From an uncultured Gammaproteobacteria bacterium (GTDB taxonomy: Bacteria; Patescibacteriota; Microgenomatia; CAYXHB01; CAZYTL01), in assembly GCA_964650355.1 (NCBI GenBank), contig CAZYTL010000008.1, forward strand, positions 89 to 64,088: 64,000 bases of DNA, read 5' to 3'. The position numbers and the translations under genes were made by a program. Numbering within the stretch: position 1 is the first letter of the stretch; every line of letters begins with the position of its first letter. The notes beneath the pieces were generated by a model that ran no database searches, was not told the origin of the DNA, and saw nothing but the letters and a program-made list of their open reading frames with translations. Positions 57,878 through 64,000 of this stretch are shown here, piece by piece.

Positions 57878-58738
57878 TCAATAAGGACAGACTTGGTAAT
57901 CTGCGGGTGGTTCTATATATCCGTATTTAGCCTCAGATTCTTGATTCAAGTACGCAGATAAGGGATCCCCGTCTCCATAATGCCAGAATTCACCCGGATG
58001 CCAAGTAAATACTTCTTCTGGAGAAAAACAAACACTCGGGGTAGTTAATAAGTGAAAGAGGATGCGCCTGACTTGGCATTTGCTTTTTTCTATCTCAGTC
58101 AAATTGCGCTTTTGTTCTAAAGCAAAAGAGCTGATGACATCTCCGGGATAAGAAAATGACAAAGGAGCTTTTAGTGTCATTGACCAGAGTTCGATGTCTA
58201 TGGCCCCACCGGTGGCGTGGGGAGGAGGTGATTGGTAAACGTCTTGATGCACTTTGGCCAAGCGAATAGTAGCTTCTTTTTCTCCGAACTGGTTTTTTAT
58301 CAACTCTGCAGCCAAAGTTTGAATATCAGGATGACGCCAGCCACTATTAATCACCAGGAATAACCCATGATTTCTTAAAATCTGATCTGCTTTCTGCAAT
58401 CTTTCAGTGACTGACTTGCGCAGCCATGCGAAGGGGTACATGAGCCGCTGCTTAAACGCTGGTAAAAAGCTCTCGTCTTGGGTTAAAAATCCGTCAATAA
58501 GTTTACCCAGATAGTAATCTTTGCTCATCAGGCCAAAGTCAGCACAATTCACTAAGGGTTCCTGATTGTCCTTTATGGAAATTTTTCTATACCCATCTCT
58601 ATAAGGACCCTGATTGTTTTCCCCCACCTGGGCAATTTGCCAGGGATCCAAAACCGGGATTTGTTCCATCAGACCTTTTGCCCAATCATCAAACTGGTGT
58701 TTTTTTAAGTTATTAATTTGGATTTCTTCAGGCGACAT
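57878..58738 (-). CDS. M15 family D-Ala-D-Ala dipeptidase (VanX/DdpX-like)
   Basis: SGWRHP, PPHATGGAID and EFWHY zinc-site motifs. Confidence 0.85.
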   Translation of the reverse strand: MSPEEIQINNLKKHQFDDWAKGLMEQIPVLDPWQIAQVGENNQGPYRDGYRKISIKDNQEPLVNCADFGLMSKDYYLGKLIDGFLTQDESFLPAFKQRLMYPFAWLRKSVTERLQKADQILRNHGLFLVINSGWRHPDIQTLAAELIKNQFGEKEATIRLAKVHQDVYQSPPPHATGGAIDIELWSMTLKAPLSFSYPGDVISSFALEQKRNLTEIEKSKCQVRRILFHLLTTPSVCFSPEEVFTWHPGEFWHYGDGDPLSAYLNQESEAKYGYIEPPADYQVCPY

Positions 58739-58743
58739 GAAAG

Positions 58744-59820
58744 TTAAAGATTAGCAAAAATAATTTTGGCAATTTTATTTCTAAACAGGTCTAATGAATC
58801 CGGATTGCTTCTTTTAGGATAAGTCCGATTGGTGAATAACGCGATACCGACTTCGTGCTTAATGTTAAACAACGCCAGACAACCGGTGAATCCACCTCTA
58901 TATAAAGTTCCCGAAGGAAAGGACTGACCAAGTCCCTGAGTGGAATTGCGTATCCACCCTAATCCTCTGAAATCTCTGATTCCCTTTTGTTGGTCTATCT
59001 GCATTTGCGTGATCATAGATCCTGAAAAGAAGCGTTTATTATTTAATTTTCCGTTGTTGAGTAACATTTCCAAAAAGATTAACGTGTCCGGGACAGTAGA
59101 AAACAATCCGGAACAGCCCACCAGGTACTTTTTCTGTAAAGCAGAAGTTATCTCATCGTGTACTTCACCTTGAATAAGTCGCTTCCTCCACTGGGTATCA
59201 ATTTCTGTAGGTAGGATTCTATGTTTGGATAGTCTTTCAAGATGAAAAGTGGTCTGGTTCATTTTTAAAGGATTAAAGAAAACTTCGTCCGCTAGTTGAT
59301 CTAATTTCTTTCCGGTTACTTTTTCAATGACAAAACCGAGAAGGATACCTACCGGGTTACTGGTGACGAATACTTGTCCAGGAGGATATTTTAATTTGGC
59401 AGTATAGACTTTACTTAAAATTTGATCAGGCTCTAAACTTTTGAAGTTCCGCAACCCCGGAAGGTCCAAATATAGGGTGTTAGTCAGTAAGTGTTTAATT
59501 AATACCTGTTTTTTGCGGACATCTCCTTTAGCGAATTCGGGAATGAATTGAATAATTTGATCATCATAAGAGAGTTTTCCTTTATCGATTAGATAGAGAG
59601 CCAGGCAAGCTACGGGGATGGTTTTAGTCATGGTGGCCACGTCAAAGATGGAATCTTCCTTTACTAATGGTGAGGACTGATCGTAAGTGAAATGGCCGAA
59701 GGGGAAAATGTATTTTTCACCTGATTTTCTGACTATGCCAATCACGCATCCGGGAAAGACATGGTCTTGGATGGCTCTGGTGGTCCGGAAGGTTATTTGT
59801 CTTTTAACTTTCTCATTCAT
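58744..59820 (-). CDS. beta-lactamase-related serine hydrolase (AmiE/EstB-like) with atypical active site
   Basis: FPG.V, FDVATMTK, HLLT, PTE..RLIQGEVHD, GLFST, GFTG, TNRTYP. Confidence 0.8.
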   Translation of the reverse strand: MNEKVKRQITFRTTRAIQDHVFPGCVIGIVRKSGEKYIFPFGHFTYDQSSPLVKEDSIFDVATMTKTIPVACLALYLIDKGKLSYDDQIIQFIPEFAKGDVRKKQVLIKHLLTNTLYLDLPGLRNFKSLEPDQILSKVYTAKLKYPPGQVFVTSNPVGILLGFVIEKVTGKKLDQLADEVFFNPLKMNQTTFHLERLSKHRILPTEIDTQWRKRLIQGEVHDEITSALQKKYLVGCSGLFSTVPDTLIFLEMLLNNGKLNNKRFFSGSMITQMQIDQQKGIRDFRGLGWIRNSTQGLGQSFPSGTLYRGGFTGCLALFNIKHEVGIALFTNRTYPKRSNPDSLDLFRNKIAKIIFANL

Positions 59821-59860
59821 GATCAATGGTTGTCCCTTACCTATATAGTATAATCCAACT

Positions 59861-60853
59861 ATGATTAAGGCGGTAATATTTGATTATGGCGGGGTGGTCA
59901 GTCCCTACGAGAGAAAGATAAGTAAAGCGGTTACGGATCAGTATGGACTAAAAATTGAAGACGTTCTCGGTCCGTTTTTAAATTTAATTACTCCTTTATC
60001 AATGGGAAAAATAACTGAAACAGAATTCGTAAGTGAATTCGGTAGAGCACTTAATTTGTCATCTTTTGAAGATTATTGGGAGGAGTTAACTAATGACTAC
60101 AGACGTTCATTTTATTTGTTCCCAGAGGTCGTCAAGTTAATCCACGAACTAAAACAGGTAAAAATTAAAACAGCCGTGTTATCAAACAACATCCCCGTTC
60201 ATGCCCAAATTGCCAGAGAGCATAATGGGTATGATGATTTTGACGTGACAGTATTGTCATGTGAGGTGGGGTTGCTAAAACCTGACCCAAAAATCTACCA
60301 GATTACTTTGGATAGATTAAATGTTAAACCGGAAGAATGTTTATATGTTGACGATTTGGAGGAAAATTTGGTACCGGCAAGGGAATTAGGGATGAAAACT
60401 CTTTTAGCCAAGAATCCTAAGCAGGTGGTGGCAGATGTTTATCATCTGTTAAATGTTAATTTGGGAGTGGGGATTGTTTTGCTCAAGGATAACTCGGTTC
60501 TTTTACAATTACGTGATAATAAACCCGACATCTCGGCACCAAACACTTGGAAGGTTCCAGGAGGAGGAGCAGGCAAGAATGAAAATCCCATCAAGGCTGT
60601 AAAACGAGAATGCGAAGAAGAGACCGGCTATAAATTACATGATCCGCAGTTTTTTTATAAGCATTTAACCTATTGGGGCGATGAGATAAGTCTTGATAGA
60701 TATTATTGGGAAACATATGACGGGAGACAGGAGATTCAATGTTTTGAAGGACAAAAGATGGAATTTATCCCCATTGATCAGCTGGGTGATATAAATTTAC
60801 TGGAAGGACAAGAGGAGATTATTAAGAAAGCAGTGGAAGTTTCTGAGATCTAA
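59861..60853 (+). CDS. HAD phosphatase fused to C-terminal NUDIX hydrolase
   Basis: FDYGGV, LSN, KPDPKIY, YVDD; then PGGGAGKNENP..AVKRECEEETG. Confidence 0.88.
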   Translation: MIKAVIFDYGGVVSPYERKISKAVTDQYGLKIEDVLGPFLNLITPLSMGKITETEFVSEFGRALNLSSFEDYWEELTNDYRRSFYLFPEVVKLIHELKQVKIKTAVLSNNIPVHAQIAREHNGYDDFDVTVLSCEVGLLKPDPKIYQITLDRLNVKPEECLYVDDLEENLVPARELGMKTLLAKNPKQVVADVYHLLNVNLGVGIVLLKDNSVLLQLRDNKPDISAPNTWKVPGGGAGKNENPIKAVKRECEEETGYKLHDPQFFYKHLTYWGDEISLDRYYWETYDGRQEIQCFEGQKMEFIPIDQLGDINLLEGQEEIIKKAVEVSEI

Positions 60854-60921
60854 TAATTCTCTATACAGGCAAGTCGAATTCAGATTTTCAGGAGATGGTT
60901 ATTCGTAAGCAAGTGATGTGT

Positions 60922-62457
60922 TTATAAGCCTCTCATGATCTCAATCTTGGCACCCAGGGTTTGCAAACGATTGGCCAGGTCTTCGTATCCGCGGTTGATG
61001 GAGTAGACATTACGAAGGATGGAAGTACCTTTGGCAGCCAGCATGCCGATAAGGATGATGGTAGCCGGGCGTAGGGCAGGAGGACAGACAACTTCGGCAG
61101 CTTGCAGTTTGGTGGGACCTTTAATGTATACCCGATGGGGATCGACCAAACGGACCTGAGCACCTAGTTTTTCCAGTTCGGTGTAATATATGGCCCGGTT
61201 TTCATACACCCAGTCGTGGATAAACGTCTCCCCCCTGGCCTGAGTGGCAATGGGCACGAATAAAGGCAGGTTATCAATGTTTAGTCCCGGATACGGCCGG
61301 CCGTAGAGTTTATGGTCAAGAGCTTTTAACTTGGAAGGCAGGGTTTTGATATCCACTAGTTTGGTATGGCCGTTTTGAGCCAGATAGTGTTTTAAGATTT
61401 CATACTTGAACCCCATCTTTCCCAGTTTGAGTAATTCCAGTTCCAGAAAGTCAATGGGACAACCCTTGATAATGATAGAAGAATTGGTGGTGGCCGCGAT
61501 GGAGATAAATAGCATGGCTTCAATAGGATCTTCGCTGGGGTAAAATTCCACCCGCCGGTTAATATGCGGTTGGCCTTCGATCACTAAGGTGGTGGTGCCC
61601 AGGCCGTGAATTTTAACGCCAAGTTGTTGTAAGAAGAGGCACAAATCCTGGACTTGATAATTAGCGGACGCGAATTTAATGGTGGTTTTGCCCGGAATTT
61701 TAGCAGCGGCCATTAAGGCGTTTTCGGTAGCTGTATCGCCGGATTCATACATGACGATTTTGGCGGGATGAAGCTTGTTGACCTGCACACGGTGAAAACC
61801 ATGGTTGGTATCGATGTTGACTCCCAAATTTTCCAAAGCATATAAATGGGGTTCCACAATGCGACGGCCAAGCTGACAACCTCCGGAAAAAGGCAATTTA
61901 AACTGGGGTAGCAAATGGATTAATGGACCCAGAAACATGAGAATAGAGCGGGTTTTGACTGCAGACTCGATATTCAACTGATCAAGTTTAATCTTTTTGG
62001 GAGGAGTGATTTGCAAATCATTATTCGCCAGCCACTTGACGGTCACTCCAATGCTTTCCAGCACTTCAATGATTCTGTTGACTTCTTCTATTCTGGGCAT
62101 ATTTTTGAGCAAAGTAGTATTCTGATTTAGTAAAGAAGCACATAAGAGAGCAACGGCAGAGTTTTTAGAGGTTCTGACCTGAATTTCCCCATGAAGTTTT
62201 TTCCCGCCTTCGACTCTGAAGTTAATGGCCTGGCTACCCAGACGAATAATTTGTTTATTTAAAGCCACACTGATTTTGGAGAGCATTTCAGTGCTGAAGT
62301 TTTGTTCACCTTTTTCCATGCGCGCGACTGCACTTTGACTGGTGTTTAAACGATCAGCCAATTCCTTTTGCGTTAAACCCTTTTGTTGACGAAGTGTGGC
62401 TATGAAGCGACCGATTTTAATTTGATTTCGTAATGTGGGCGTGGTTTTACGTGACAT
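60922..62457 (-). CDS. murA: XRE-HTH fused UDP-N-acetylglucosamine 1-carboxyvinyltransferase
   Basis: RQQKGLTQKELA..L.TSQSAVARME HTH; SKNS, GGCQLGRR, ATEN, PYPG, YENR, RGYE. Confidence 0.93.
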   Translation of the reverse strand: MSRKTTPTLRNQIKIGRFIATLRQQKGLTQKELADRLNTSQSAVARMEKGEQNFSTEMLSKISVALNKQIIRLGSQAINFRVEGGKKLHGEIQVRTSKNSAVALLCASLLNQNTTLLKNMPRIEEVNRIIEVLESIGVTVKWLANNDLQITPPKKIKLDQLNIESAVKTRSILMFLGPLIHLLPQFKLPFSGGCQLGRRIVEPHLYALENLGVNIDTNHGFHRVQVNKLHPAKIVMYESGDTATENALMAAAKIPGKTTIKFASANYQVQDLCLFLQQLGVKIHGLGTTTLVIEGQPHINRRVEFYPSEDPIEAMLFISIAATTNSSIIIKGCPIDFLELELLKLGKMGFKYEILKHYLAQNGHTKLVDIKTLPSKLKALDHKLYGRPYPGLNIDNLPLFVPIATQARGETFIHDWVYENRAIYYTELEKLGAQVRLVDPHRVYIKGPTKLQAAEVVCPPALRPATIILIGMLAAKGTSILRNVYSINRGYEDLANRLQTLGAKIEIMRGL

Positions 62458-62478
62458 AGGTAGATGTAGGTATCAACC

Positions 62479-62507
62479 ACCATATCACATATGATATACG
62501 CTGTCAA
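62479..62507 (-). promoter_or_regulatory. murA promoter with palindromic operator
   Basis: TTGACA (62507-62502), 17 bp, TATGGT (62484-62479); inverted repeat ATATCA-CATA-TGATAT at 62482-62497. Confidence 0.7.
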
Positions 62508-62600
62508 GATACTGCTGAGTCATGCATTAAACAGGGGTTGGGTGAGTTTGACTGTTAATCTTTCCCTGAAAATTCGAACTAAGACCAACCAATCGAAGCA

Positions 62601-63665
62601 CTAGCTGGTGATTAGGTTTAGAAACTCCTTTACAAACCGGTCTTTGGAGAAGTCCTGGGCTCTTTTTTGGGCTGCCTGGCTGATTTGGTTGATCTCTTCC
62701 TGGTTATTAAATAAAGACGTGGTGCGGTTTAGCAATTCATCAACATCATTCCAAAGGTACCCGTTTCTTTCGTTAATGACTATCTCGCGTAGTCCTCCTT
62801 TATTAAGCACTATAGGCACACAACCTGCAGCCATGGCTTCGACTAAAGAGATACCAAAATGTTCACATTTTTCCGGTTCAGTTGTTTCATCGGCATCATA
62901 GCCTACGGCGGACCAAAATATTTTCGCCTTTGCATAAAGTTTTTTCATCGTGTCCCAATCTACGTCTGTATAAAAACTAATGGGATAGCCTTCTGCCATA
63001 GTTTTTAATTGCTTTAGTAACCCTCCATCCGACCCCACCTCCGTACTGCCAGCCAGCCAAAGTTGATAGTTGCTCACTCCGGTATCACATAGTTGTTTAA
63101 ATGCCTGAATTAGCACGTGGTGACCTTTTTGTTGGAGTAAATTTGAAAATCTTGCAGCGAAAAGGATGGAGTTAATTTTATTTCCGGGTTTCAGTTCGTT
63201 CGTTTCGACAGGTGGATAAATCACTTGGCTATTTATTCCGTACTCCTCATCTACGATTTGTTTTGTGAATTGTGAGTTGACAACAAAATTCGTAATAACC
63301 TTGGTTTTAATTTGATTAATTAAAGATCTACCTTCAACGCGTTTAAAGGGCACCTGTAAGTGTACGATATTCCGTTTGCCAAATAAAAAAGGTAGACTGC
63401 CATCTGATACAAAAAATACTAAGTCGTAGTCTCGTAAATAGTTGATCCTTTTCCAAATCTGGCCTTGTTGAAAAACATTCGGGTGATATTTAGTCGAAGA
63501 GATATTCAAATGGAATTTGTTTTGCACTTGGTCGCTAACTGACTGACCATTCCAAAACAATACCGTTTCCCAACCTTGATTATTTAAAGCCTCAACCAAG
63601 GTCAAAGCATAGCGCTCCCCTCCTCCCAGGGAGTCTAAATAGGGATCGTAAAAAGCGGCGCGCAT
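62601..63665 (-). CDS. glycosyltransferase family 4
   Basis: PYLDSLGGGERY, NSQFT, IYPPV, KGH, EHFGISLVEAMAAG. Confidence 0.93.
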   Translation of the reverse strand: MRAAFYDPYLDSLGGGERYALTLVEALNNQGWETVLFWNGQSVSDQVQNKFHLNISSTKYHPNVFQQGQIWKRINYLRDYDLVFFVSDGSLPFLFGKRNIVHLQVPFKRVEGRSLINQIKTKVITNFVVNSQFTKQIVDEEYGINSQVIYPPVETNELKPGNKINSILFAARFSNLLQQKGHHVLIQAFKQLCDTGVSNYQLWLAGSTEVGSDGGLLKQLKTMAEGYPISFYTDVDWDTMKKLYAKAKIFWSAVGYDADETTEPEKCEHFGISLVEAMAAGCVPIVLNKGGLREIVINERNGYLWNDVDELLNRTTSLFNNQEEINQISQAAQKRAQDFSKDRFVKEFLNLITS

Positions 63666-63710
63666 AAGCTTAGTTATTAGTTGCCCCTAAGGGGCCCCTT
63701 TGGGGTTAGT

Positions 63711-64000
63711 TTAGTTTTTAGTTGGCTTGGTCTGCATTTCCCACAAGCGGGCAAAGTTAATAAACTGACTATAACTTTGATAAATAGCATCTATCAAGCC
63801 TTCAGCGCCATCAAGGATGCCGCCCTTAATGATTAAACGGCTAAATAGGCTGGTTAAAAAGGGGTGGATGCTGAGTCTGATAAATCGAAGGGTGGTCAAT
63901 GGCGGATGATGAGCTTGGATATACAACTTAGCCTCTTTTGTTGACCAGTCAATGGTTTTGGAAACGTAGTTTTCCAACTTTTGAAACTTAATATGTAATA
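63711..64000 (-). CDS. glycosyltransferase family 2, C-terminal part (runs off the window)
   Basis: Frame is open to the window edge; K...WS..EA ... GILDG.EGL..AIYQ..S.F...A.LWE resembles GT2 C-termini. Confidence 0.65.
   Translation of the reverse strand, partial: LHIKFQKLENYVSKTIDWSTKEAKLYIQAHHPPLTTLRFIRLSIHPFLTSLFSRLIIKGGILDGAEGLIDAIYQSYSQFINFARLWEMQTKPTKN

Noticed and set aside
1-64000. CRISPR array, rRNA, transposase/integrase, or TGA recoding (code 25)
   Set aside because: No spaced direct repeats, rRNA or recombinase motifs were seen, and conserved genes such as pyrD and uppS end at TGA at their expected lengths

Overview
A 64 kb chromosomal segment. Gene content, conserved hypotheticals and near-leaderless promoters suggest a Candidate Phyla Radiation (Patescibacteria, probably Microgenomates-group) bacterium using genetic code 11; the taxonomy is an inference. 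The left end holds an AT-rich retron locus: promoter, msr-msd ncRNA bounded by a perfect 12-bp inverted repeat (207-356), and a retron reverse transcriptase fused to a C-terminal Mrr-like PD-(D/E)XK nuclease (371-1909), followed by a decayed GIY-YIG/T5orf172 gene. This RT-nuclease single-gene retron is the strongest candidate for an undescribed system. A run of accessory enzymes follows, then housekeeping genes (pyrD, polyprenyl synthase, uppS, secG, uvrC, uvrA, murE, gltX, hpf, tgt, thrS, pcrA, sufBD, tsaD, rmuC, HTH-murA), four tRNAs and a cell-wall/glycosyltransferase cluster. Other notable items are a Thr T-box riboswitch with an ultrashort Stem I upstream of thrS, an Rmt/ArmA-like 16S methyltransferase coupled to a divergent tgt, a putative peptidoglycan-salvage cluster, an operator inside the HTH-murA promoter, a CPBP-transglutaminase fusion and REP-like repeats. 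No CRISPR array, rRNA, integrase or transposase was seen. All calls come from reading motifs by eye, with no database searches.
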